A stretch of 37,407 bases of DNA from Macrostomum lignano (lineage: Eukaryota): the NCBI GenBank assembly GCA_002269645.1, contig NIVC01003446.1, forward strand, positions 1-37,407, given 5' to 3'. This document shows positions 27,915 to 37,407 of the stretch, one piece after another. The notes under the pieces were generated by a model. That model was given only the letters and a program-made list of their open reading frames with translations, ran no database searches and was not told the DNA's origin. Both the position numbers and the translations under genes were made by a program. Position 1 is the stretch's first letter; every line of letters begins with the position of its first letter.

Positions 27915-30900
27915 CTGGGGCGGGCGGGAGTCAGCAGCTTTATATACTGCATAGAATAGTATTTTTAGCATATGGATTGCTGAATTGCCCGTGCTTCCCA
28001 TGAGTAGGCAAATACTGTGCCTGTCTAATGTACTGTACCTGTCCAATACCTGACTAATAATACTGTGCCTGTCCAATACCTGACTAATAATACTGCACCT
28101 GTCCAATACCTGACTAATAATACTGTACGTGTCCAATACCTGACTAATAATACTGTACCTGTCCAATACCTGACTAATAATACTGTACCTGACTAATACC
28201 TGACTAATAATACTGAACCTGTCCAATACCTGACTAATAATACTGTACCTGTCCAATACCTGACTAATAATACTGTGCCTGTCCAATACCTGACTAATAA
28301 TACTGTACCTGACTAATACCTGACTAATAATACTGTGCCTGTCCAATACCTGACTAATAATACTGTACCTGTCCAATACCTGACTAATAATACTGTACCT
28401 GACTAGAAATTTTGAAATTATTAAGCAAATTTATAAGAGAGCTCGAACTCGCGACCGCCTACCCACCTGTGGCCATAGACAATAACGCCAAGCCGGTGCA
28501 GAGAGGCCCGGAAGTACTGCGTATTGACCTCCAGCTGCTTGAGCCGCCTGGCGCCCTCTCCGGGTGGGCCGGCCCGGCCCATCAACATCTGGAAGGCGGT
28601 GACCACCTGGGCGGCCACAGGGGCTGGCAGGGAGGCTCCGTAGAGGCCGCTGTGACTGCGCTGGCGCAGCAGCGCAACGAGGTGCTGGCTTCCGGCGATG
28701 TAACCGCCAGCTCCGCCGAAGCTCTTCGTGAAGGTGCCCATCAGGACGTCGACGTCTCTGGGATCGCAGCCGAAATAGTCCACTACGCCTCGGCCGTGAG
28801 GCCCATGGCCCCGATGGAGTGCGCCTCGTCCAGGTACAAGTACGCTTTGTACTTCTTCTTCAAGGCGATTAGTTCCGGCAGGCGGGTGACACTGCCCTCC
28901 ATGCTGTAGACGCCCTCCACCTGGGTTGGGAGGAACGGGAGCGACTGGCTTTTAAGTTCAACTGTACCGGTATACCCTTACTCTGCACCGAAGTGGGCTC
29001 ATGGGTTATCTAGACTGGACATCTGGGAACCGGAAGTGGGCTCATGGGTCATTCAGACTGGACATCTCACATCTGGAAACCGGAAGTGGGCCCATGGGTC
29101 ATCCGGACTGGACATCTGGAAACCGGAAGTGGGCCCATGGGTCATCTAGACTGGACATCTGGGAACCGGAAGTGGGCTCATGGGTATCTAGACTAGACAT
29201 CCAGGAACCGGAAGTGGGCTCATGGGTCATCTAGACTGGACATCTGGAAACCGAAAGTGGGCTTATGGATCATCCAGACTGGACATCTGGAAACCGGAAG
29301 TGGGCTCATGGGTCATCCACACTGGACATCTAGGAACCAGAAGTGGACTCATGGGTCATCCCCAATGGACACATGGAAACCGGAAGTAGGCTCATGGGTC
29401 ATCTAGACTGGACATCTGGGAACCGGAAGTGGGCTCATGGGTCATCCACACTGGACATCTGGGAACCGGAAATGGGCTCATGGGTCATCCACACTGGACA
29501 TCTGGGAACCGGAAGTGGCCTCATGGGTAATCCACACTGGACGTCTGGGAACCGAACACAGAATATTCTGTGGAACCGAAATTGGGCTCGTAGGTCATCC
29601 AGAACCATAGACAACAGGAATTGAGCTGGGTGAGACGAAGACTACCCAAAAGCTCACCACAATAAGAATCTTTTTAAACGGTCGCCTAGTCCTATCCTGG
29701 CCATAGACAATGGCGTCCCTCAGCTTGGCCTCCACATCGGCTATGTCGTTATGCCTGAACACTTTGATCTTAGCGCCAGTGAGGCGGGCACCCAGCACCA
29801 GAGAGCTATGGTTGAGCTCGTCGGAGAGCACGCAGCAGCCTTTGCCAATGAGGGCTGGCATGTTCAAGGCGTTAGTGGCGAATCCCATCGGGAAGATGAT
29901 GGCGTCCTCGGCGCCGACAAACTCGGCCACAGTGGCTTCGAGCCGGGTGTGCAGGTCCAGGTTGCCGGCCTCTGCGCGCGGGCTGCCGACTCCGCAGCCG
30001 AACGTCTCGGTGGCAGCGGCCGCGGCGTCGGCGCAGGGGCCGTCGGTCTCGGCGAAGCCCAGATAATTATAGCTGCCGAAGTTGATGGCCCGCGTGTGCG
30101 TGCCCGGGTACTCGAAGCTCCAGCCGTGGTCGGGGCTTTTCCGGTCGATCAGCTCAAACTCGGCGCCCGGGCAGGTGCGGATCGGCCGGTTCCAGCAGTC
30201 CCGGATTCGCCGGTACAAATTGCGGGTGTAGAAGGACTCGAAGTTTTGGTAGAGCGGCACGAAGTCCTGAGGGATCGGGAGTGAAGGCTGCGATTTGAAT
30301 TTCTTTTCTGGGGTCTTCCGATCGTTCGCTTTTAAAAGCTTAAAACTTCATAAGGCCCCAGTGACTGAGATCCGCTCTCCCAGTGTCTGAGATCCCCTCT
30401 CCCAGTGTCTGAGATCCCCTCTCCTAGTGTCTTAGACTCCCTCCCAGTTTCTGAGATCTCGTCTCCCAGTGTGAATATCCCCCCTCCCAGTGTCTGAGAT
30501 CCCCTCTCCCAGTGTCTGAGATCCCCTCTCCCAGTGTCTGAGATCCCCTCTCCTAGTGTCTTAGACTCCCTCCCAGTTTCTGAGATCTCGTCTCCCAGTG
30601 TGAATATCCCCCCTCCCAGTGTCTGAGATCCCCTCTCCCAGTTTTTGAGATCCCCTCTCCCAGTTTCTGAGATATCCTCTCCCAGTGTCAGAGATCTCCC
30701 CTCCCAGAGTCTGAGATCCCTACTCCCAGTTTCTGAGATATCCTCTCCCAGTGTCTGAGATCCCCTCTCCCAGTGTCTGAGATCCAAATACTCGGTCTCA
30801 GGCAAAGACTCTCAGATGGTTTAGATCCATCAAATTTTACTCAAATTCTTATTGACACAAAAAAGTTCATTTGTGTCAAACATCAATTTGCTGTTTACTA

Positions 30901-31166
30901 GAGCTACATAGGGTTGAAACTGTGAGTAATTTGGAGCAAGATAAACGACGCATTACAATGTCAGAGATAGCAGCTTATCAAACAAAATCTACTGCGCACA
31001 CCTTAGTCCTGGCCGGCTCAGTGGCAATCAGGTTCTTCTCGAAGCCATGGTTTCTTAGAAAATCGCGCATGTGGCCAAACACGGCCAACATGACGTAGCC
31101 AATGTAGGTGATGATGGCCACAACATAGGGTGTGGGTTCAAATTGCTCTTCGTGCTCTACTGACAT
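27467..31166 (-). CDS. SPTLC2: Serine palmitoyltransferase long-chain base subunit 2 (SPTLC2/3, LCB2), ~558 aa. Exons 31166-31002, 30266-29658, 28920-28467, 27914-27467. One base is missing at ~28793-28797.
   Basis: Motifs [64 protein letters not shown]-lysine motif [26 protein letters not shown]. Introns are GT-AG with consistent phases. Confidence 0.95.
28010..28405. repeat. 30-bp minisatellite (CTGTCCAATACCTGACTAATAATACTGTAC), SPTLC2 last intron
   Basis: Directly visible. Confidence 0.93.
28467..28920 (-). CDS. SPTLC2: SPTLC2 exon with PLP-binding lysine and apparent 1-bp deletion
   Basis: VEGVYSMEG...AMGLT is in one frame and GRGVVDYFG...GTFTKSFG in the adjacent frame. Donor ag|gtgggt. 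Confidence 0.92.
28990..29600. repeat. 43-bp degenerate minisatellite (GGAAGTGGGCTCATGGGTCATCTAGACTGGACATCTGGGAACC), SPTLC2 intron
   Basis: Directly visible, about 14 diverged copies. Confidence 0.9.
29658..30266 (-). CDS. SPTLC2: SPTLC2 exon (DFVPLYQNF...KKILIV)
   Basis: Acceptor ccctcag, donor gtgagc, 203 codons. Confidence 0.93.
30358..30790. repeat. 22-bp minisatellite (CTCCCAGTGTCTGAGATCCCCT) with a 129-bp block duplication, SPTLC2 intron
   Basis: The variant block starting CTCCTAG recurs at 30421 and 30550. Confidence 0.88.
31002..31166 (-). CDS. SPTLC2: SPTLC2 first coding exon seen ([13 protein letters not shown]...EPARTK)
   Basis: ORF 30978-31166, donor aag|gtgtgc. An upstream exon cannot be excluded. 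Confidence 0.85.
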
Positions 31167-34097
31167 CTTGGGGCTGCAGATTTAGTTGCAATTTGAGTCT
31201 GTTGTGATTCAAAATCAAATGCATTTGACCTGAATATTCAGGGTTTCATCGGACATTTTTTAACTACTAGTATTGCTAATGCACCTTTCAAAATAGCAAA
31301 ACTTGCGAATTCACAAACATTGTTACATCAAATTGCAGTACAATTTTTGAATTGATTAAATTTTTAGCACCAAACTTTATTAAAAAAAAATTTAATAGAT
31401 AAGAAGTATTACATATTTATTAGAATGTTTCATCTAAAAAATGCCAGATACTTGTTAGATATATATCATATATGCACAACACCTGGCCAAGCCAGCCAAT
31501 CTGGCTTGCAAGTCACCTAGCCAAGGTAAGCTGCAAAAATTCCTATCCAAAAATATAGAATTAGTAGTACTAATTAAATGGCAATGCTTTTAGCCTTAAT
31601 TAACAATATAGTTATAGACTATATAGACTATAAATTCTATAGACTACTCCTGCCATTTACCCAAAGTTACATTTTTGGTAAAAAAAGTTGCATAGGCCAT
31701 AGCCAATATAAATCAGGGGGGGGGGTGCACATGTATGTATATTACACTTTTTGATACATAATGAATAATACTATCTATTATACCATACTCCAAATGATGT
31801 AGTATATGTCCAAAAATTTGGGCATTCATTGGCCCTGCATGCCATAACTAGGTGTGCATCGTTGGCATGCATCACTCCTAAGAAAATAGTATGTGAGCAT
31901 ACTTGGCGTGCACTTTATAGAATCACATGTAAGAGTTATTGGAAAGTCAAAAATTTGAAAAAAAAATTTTTAAGCATAAATTTCAAGCTTTCTGGTGTTT
32001 CAAGCATGTAAAAAAGTATTTAAACAAATCTTTGCATGTATCTATTTTATGTTGTAAATAGTATTGCCAAAAAAGCATAAAAATCAACCAAATTCTGTTA
32101 ATAGGGTTCTATTTATGCAATTTAAAAAGGTAATTTATAGTCACAATGTAAAAAAGGTCATGCATCTCTTTAAATGCAAATATGGTAGGGCATCCAATGA
32201 TCATATTTATAGCCTAGGCCTAGTATTTGCAAAAATTAAAAAGGTGAAAAAGGGGTTTTCTTTAAATGGCTATAACCTTTTCAATATTTAGGTCTTACTA
32301 TATGGCAATGTTTTAGTTCTACTATATATTGTATATGGTAAAAATATAATATAGACCCTAATAGAATATAACATAAGGCCTACAGTAAATAAATATCATA
32401 AGAGCTTTATGTACTTTTATAGTTTTATAGACAATACATTTTTTAACTTGCTGTAATCTATCTATAGGCCTATTCTTCTCAAATATACACTATTTTTGGA
32501 ATAAACTCTTAAATGCAAAGTGCAACAAGGTCCTTGAAGCAATCTAATGCCATAGCCCAGGCCATAGCCTTTATATATACTAATATACCACGTACAATAA
32601 TGCACATTACATTAAATAAAATATAATAATATATATAATATATAATAATATATATAATAAAACAATCGTAATTCAACATTAAACACATCACAAATGTCAC
32701 GCAAATCCCATGCAAATGTATATGCTACAAATTATGTGTAGCCAAGCCAATTTTTAAATCACTTTTTTGTCAATTTAAATCAATTTTTTAAATCACAAAA
32801 CTAAAGTAAGCAAAAATATTAGGACCCAAAAGAAAAGAGGACCCAAAAGGGATTCAATTGTAAAAATCACGAAGCCCATTTTCAGTGGGACTGTGCATTT
32901 AAAAAAAATAAAATTACGAGTGACATGCAACACTGCTGCCACTGCTCCGCGCGGGCGGACTTTCTATAGTTGTAGAGGCTCTCTCGGGTGTTGAATGAGA
33001 CTTCAAAAGAACGCAAACGACAAATCTTGCGCTTAGGAAACAAACTAAACAGTAAAAATAAAATTAAATTTTGATTAAAATACAGGTCTTCTGGCGCTAA
33101 GAAGCTTTTGTTCAGTTTATTAAGTAATGCCTATAAGCATTACGATGTATATTGTTAAAACTAGTCAAACGTAGAGTAATTATTTAGGAGCCAACAAGTT
33201 GAGTCAGAAAATTACAACTTTTAAAGATCAAATTGTCTAGTTGGTTATTTAAGTTATAAATTGTGATTGCTCAGTAGTATAAAATTTAAACGTCTCAGAA
33301 ATTGATCACAATTCCACATAGAGCCGCCGGAATTATTTCGGAGCAGTAACACAAATTATAAATTATAAATTCAGAACTTTCTTAGAAACCAACCAAGCGC
33401 CTAAAAAGTTTTTACTTGCTTACATTTTTGTTGTTTTATGGTATTATTTAATGTATAATTATTTACAATGTTCATTCCTTTAATTCTTGCAATACTTTTT
33501 AACAAGTAGGTTTGCGATTGACAACACACTACTTTATGTCAAACTTGATTCACTTTTTGTTAGAAGACAGGACAGGCTAACTGTCTTGACATCAGGAATT
33601 TAAAAAGTCAAAATATTTTTGCGATTGCGAAGTGTGCATATGACTCTTGACTGTTAAATGATTTTCGAATTACAGTAGTCCCAAAAAGTCAATTTTCAGT
33701 ATTAAATTAAAATAGGGAATTAGGTAATAAGATATCACAAAATAGTTTGCTGTTTAATCTGACTATGTCTTATGATTATGAATGACTGAATGTATTATCT
33801 TTAATATAAAATAGGACAAAATTATGAATAAAAAAGTATTGTTAAACCTTTGATTATTGAAGCTTACAATATATGATTGTTTTATTGTGTTTGTTTCCTG
33901 TGCTAATTTAACTTTTCAATTTGCTTGGCTAAATAATATGTTTTCATCTTTTTCTTTGAATTCAAGCAAAAGCTTATCTGATTAGACCCATGGAAAACAT
34001 AAAGAATTTTACTTTTTGGTAACTTTTGTATGCCAGACTGAATTTTATATGATACCTTTCCACTTTTTAGCTTAATATTTAAAATCAGATAACTGCA

Positions 34098-34167
34098 ATG
34101 GAAGAAAAGGAGTTACTGCAGCCTCAGGCTACTCAGTGTGCCCCACAGCAGCAGCCAAAACTCATGG
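34098..34167 (+). CDS. ANO8: ANO8-like exon 1 (MEEKELLQPQ...KLM-D)
   Basis: ATG in gcaATGg context, donor gtaggg, phase 1 fits the next exon. Not conserved, so less certain. Confidence 0.6.
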
Positions 34168-36927
34168 GTAGGGATTAATTTTAATCTTATTTCTGTCTGC
34201 ATGGTAGTGACATTTTTTGTAAAGCTACATCTTCTGATTCTGACTCGCAGACCGCATCCGGTCATTTCCAAAAGACTTCGCTGACACTGGCCAGCTGATG
34301 ATCTCCGCCAAGCGCTGGCTGACCGTTTCCACTGAGCCCGTGCCTGACTGCGATATCGTCGTCATGTTTCCACGCGATGCTGACAAGGAATTCGTTGCTT
34401 GGTGCCGGCACTCGCTGCTGAATCATGTGCCTGATCTCACTCTGCGCCAAGTGGAACTGCAGTACTCCAGATGCGTTGCTCTCTATGTTACCGCGTCTTT
34501 TAGAAGGTTTGGCTTGACTCTGAAAAAAATTATTTTGTAATATTTCTGGGGTTCTAGAGGATTTAGGTGTGAAGGTGTGATGCGGCACCAGTTAGATCAG
34601 GAAGGGTAGTGGCGCTCGCTCACCTCCAACCACTTGGCTCGCCCATGGCCAGCCTATTAAAGGCCGCGGACACGGTGGGTCTTCGCAAGCGCCTCCGCAG
34701 CAGCTACGGCGGCGGCTACCAGGAGTTCACCCTGGAGGAGCTCGACCTGTTCGCTAATGGCCAGTCTGCCAGCGACTTTTTCAGTAGCCAGGAGCGCCAG
34801 GGACTCGTGCGGCATCTTCTGCTGAGCTGGCGGCTCGAGGCAGCCAATTGCTGGCCGGGACTCTCGCTGACTGAGCAGCAGCCAGCGCTGCCGCAACTGC
34901 AGGTATGAGCTGTGCTCATGCACAGTATGAGCTATGACTGTGCTCATGTACAGTATGAGCTATGACTGTGCTCATGTACCGTATGAGCTATGACTGTGCT
35001 CATGTAAAGTATGAGCTATGACTGTGCTCATGTACCGTATGAGCTATGACTGTGCTCATGTACAGTATGAGCTATGACTGTGCTCATGTACAGTATGAGC
35101 TATGACTGTGCTCATGTACCGTATGAGCTATGACTGTGCTCATGTACAGTATGAGCTATGACTGTGCTCATGTACCGTATGAGCTATGACTGTGCTCATG
35201 TACAGTATGAGCTATGACTGTGATCATGTACAGTATGAGCTATGACTGTGCTCATGTAAAGTATGAGCTATGACTGTGCTCATGTACCGTATGAGCTATG
35301 ACTGTGCTCATGTACAGTATGAGCTATGACTGTGCTCATGTACAGTATGAGCTATGACTGTGCTCATGTAAAGTATGAGCTATGACTGTGCTCATGTACC
35401 GTATGAGCTATGACTGTGCTCATGTACAGTATGAGCTATGACTGTGCTCATGTACAGTATGAGCTATGACTGTGCTCATGTTGCCCGCAGGTGCGCGGCC
35501 TGGTCCAGGCGGTTTTCCCGCTGCACTGCCAGCGCGATCTGAGCCGCCTTCAGGCCAGCTGGGTTGGCCGGCTGTTCCGGCCGCAGCCGCTTAACGCAGT
35601 GCAGGAATATTTCGGAGTAAAGGTCGCTCTGTACTTTGCCTGGCTGGGCTTCTACACCATGGCCTTGCTGGCTCCAGCCCTGGTCGGCGCCGCGGCGCAC
35701 TTTCTGAGCTCAAGCGACGCCGCCTGCGGGCTGCTGGTCTGCTTCAACATCCTCTGGGCCACCGTCTACCTGGAGATGTGGAAGCGGCACAGCTCTGTGC
35801 TCACCTACGACTGGGGCACCTTGGACAGCGGCAACACCGACCTGCTGGACGAGTGCCGGCCGCTGTTTAAGGTAGGGCATTTTCTTATAAGCTTTTTGTG
35901 GCCGTTGTGGGTCATGGTGGCTGATGTGGGTCATGGTGGCTGATGTGGGTCATGGTGGCTGATGTAGGTCCTGGTGGTTGTTGTTGGTCATGGTGGCTGA
36001 TGTGGGTCATGGTTGGCTGATCTGGGTCATGGTGGTTGTTGTGGGTCATGGTGGCTGATGTTGGTCATAGTGGCTGATGTGGTTCATGGTTGCTGATGTG
36101 GGTCAAGTGTATTGCATGGGTCAAGGTGTATTGCATGGGTCAAGGTGTATTGCATGGGTCAAGGTGTATTGCATGGGTCAAGGTGTATTGCATGGGTCAA
36201 GGTGTATTGCATGGGTCAAGGTGTATTGCATGGGTCAAGGTGTATTGCATGGGTCAAGGTGTATTGCATGGGTCAAGGTGTATTGCATGGGTCAAGGTGT
36301 ATTGCATGGGTCAAGGTGTATTGCATGGGTCAAGGTGTATTGCATGGGTCAAGGTGTATTGCATGGGTCAAGGTGTATTGCATGGGTCAAGGTGTATTGC
36401 ATGGGTCAAGGTGTATTGCATGGGTCAAGGTGTATTGCATGGTCAAGGTGTATTGCATGGGTCAAGGTGTATTGCATGGGTCAAGGTGTATTGCATGGGT
36501 CAAGGTGTATTGCATGGGTCAAGGTGTATTGCATGGGTCAAGGTGTATTGCATGGGTCAAGGTGTATTGCATGGGTTAAGTGTATTTTGCGGGTCAGTTA
36601 AGTACAAAGCGCAAAGCGAGCTCCTTACCACGCCGCAGGGCCAGCCCAGCATCAGCCGCATCACGGGCCGCGTGACCCTGGCGTATCCGGCATGGAAGCG
36701 GCTGGCCATCCGCTACCTGATCAGCCTGCCGGTCATCGCTGCCTGCCTGGCCGCGGTGGTCTGCCTGATGCTGCTGCAGTTCGCCTTCCAGGACTGGATC
36801 ACCGAGATGGTGACGGAGAAGGCGCTGCCGTCCGTGGTGGATTTTGCACCGAAAGTCACCAACGCCCTCGTCATCTCCATGTGCGACTATTTTTACAAGG
36901 GCATCGCCAAGTGGCTGAACGATTTGG
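34098..36927 (+). CDS. ANO8: Anoctamin/TMEM16 gene, ANO8-like, 3'-partial. Exons 34098-34167, 34251-34506, 34653-34902, 35491-35871, 36639-36927.
   Basis: Motifs CDIVVMFP, SLLKAAD..GLRK, GGGYQEF, FFSSQERQ, VFPLH, QPLNAVQEYFGVKVALYFAWLGFYT, LEMWKR, WGTLD, YPAWKR, WLND match recalled ANO8. Phases 1, 2, 0, 0, 1 are consistent. Confidence 0.9.
34251..34506 (+). CDS. ANO8: ANO8-like exon 2
   Basis: Acceptor gactcgcag, donor ag|gtttgg. Confidence 0.85.
34653..34902 (+). CDS. ANO8: ANO8-like exon 3
   Basis: Acceptor ggccag, donor cag|gtatga. Confidence 0.85.
34903..35480. repeat. 28-bp minisatellite (GTATGAGCTATGACTGTGCTCATGTACA) filling ANO8 intron 3
   Basis: One 22-nt unit, 19 full units and one 24-nt unit. 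Only the last 10 nt of the intron are unique. Confidence 0.95.
35491..35871 (+). CDS. ANO8: ANO8-like exon 4
   Basis: Acceptor ttgcccgcag, donor aag|gtaggg. Contains YFGVKVALYFAWLGFYT. Confidence 0.93.
35905..36590. repeat. Two adjacent 19-bp minisatellites (TGTGGGTCATGGTGGCTGA, then GTGTATTGCATGGGTCAAG), ANO8 intron 4
   Basis: Directly visible. The switch is at ~36105. Confidence 0.93.
36639..36927 (+). CDS. ANO8: ANO8-like exon 5
   Basis: Acceptor cgccgcag, donor g|gtgagg. Encodes TM segments and WLNDL. Confidence 0.9.
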
Positions 36928-36999
36928 GTGAGGGCGACAGTGGATGCGTGCTGAGTGCGAATGCGATTGAATGTCACCGACACTGGATTCTGGAAATAT

Positions 37000-37400
37000 C
37001 CATGGGTCACTGAACTCTGCGAAATCCCATGGGTCACTGAACTCTGCAAAATCCCATGGTCACTGAACTCGGCGAATGAGTCACTGAAATCTGCGAAATC
37101 CCATGGGGCATGGGACTCTTAATACGTCACTGCATTCATATGGGTCACTAAATTCTAATGGTTCACTGGATTCTATGGGTAACTAACTTCTGATGGGTAA
37201 CTGGATTCTTGTGGGCAACTGATTCTAATGGTAACTGGTTCTAATGGGTAACTGAATTCTAATGGGTAACTGAATTCTAATGGTTAACTGAATTCTAATG
37301 GGTAACTGAATTCTAATAGGTAACTGGGTTCTAATGGGTAACTGAATTCTAATGGTTAACTGAATTCTAATAGTAACTGGGTTCTACTGGATTTTAATTC
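37000..37400. repeat. Degenerate 18-26-bp repeats (CATGGGTCACTGAACTCTGCGAAATC grading into GGGTAACTGAATTCTAAT), ANO8 intron 5
   Basis: Directly visible. Confidence 0.8.
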
Positions 37401-37407
37401 AGCAAAT

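Noticed and set aside
27467-31166. Calling SPTLC2 (and PHTF) pseudogenes
   Set aside because: Each has a single 1-nt lesion with all motifs, splice sites and codon bias intact, and nearby repeats show deletion-biased differences. Error is more parsimonious until reads are checked.
31200-33900. Short Lys/Ile/Tyr-rich ORFs in the AT-rich spacer
   Set aside because: AT-rich composition unlike the GC-rich exons, with no recognisable motifs or splice framing.
36077-36601. Cys/Met-rich repeat ORFs (GSRCIAWVKVYCMGQGVLH)
   Set aside because: Translations of the intronic 19-bp repeat; the peptide appears in all three frames.

Overview
Eukaryotic (animal) genomic DNA, not prokaryotic. It has GC-rich exons with mostly G/C third codon positions, GT-AG introns, and roughly half its length in tandem minisatellites or satellites. 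The style is consistent with a flatworm such as Macrostomum lignano, but that is an inference and was not verified. Four spliced genes could be reconstructed with consistent intron phases. (1) PHTF-family gene (+): 8 exons over 6018-12470; the first exon lies upstream of the window. (2) DGAT2/MOGAT-family acyltransferase (+): 16703-19622, with a ~356-aa acidic N-terminal extension holding 18 copies of an 11-aa repeat. (3) Serine palmitoyltransferase subunit SPTLC2/LCB2 (-): 31166-27467. (4) Anoctamin-8-like gene (+): from 34098, running off the window. PHTF and SPTLC2 each lack one base inside a conserved motif; both deletions fall in a GCCG context on the + strand and are most likely consensus errors. 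Other elements are a tRNA-derived CORE-type SINE, a short inverted-repeat element and an unexplained GC-rich island with two perfect MEF2-type sites. The most unusual pattern is that several intronic minisatellites are built from units containing splice signals, and two begin exactly at the gene's own 5' splice site. Most long ORFs in the supplied track are artefacts of these repeats. Homology calls come from recalled family motifs; no database search was run.
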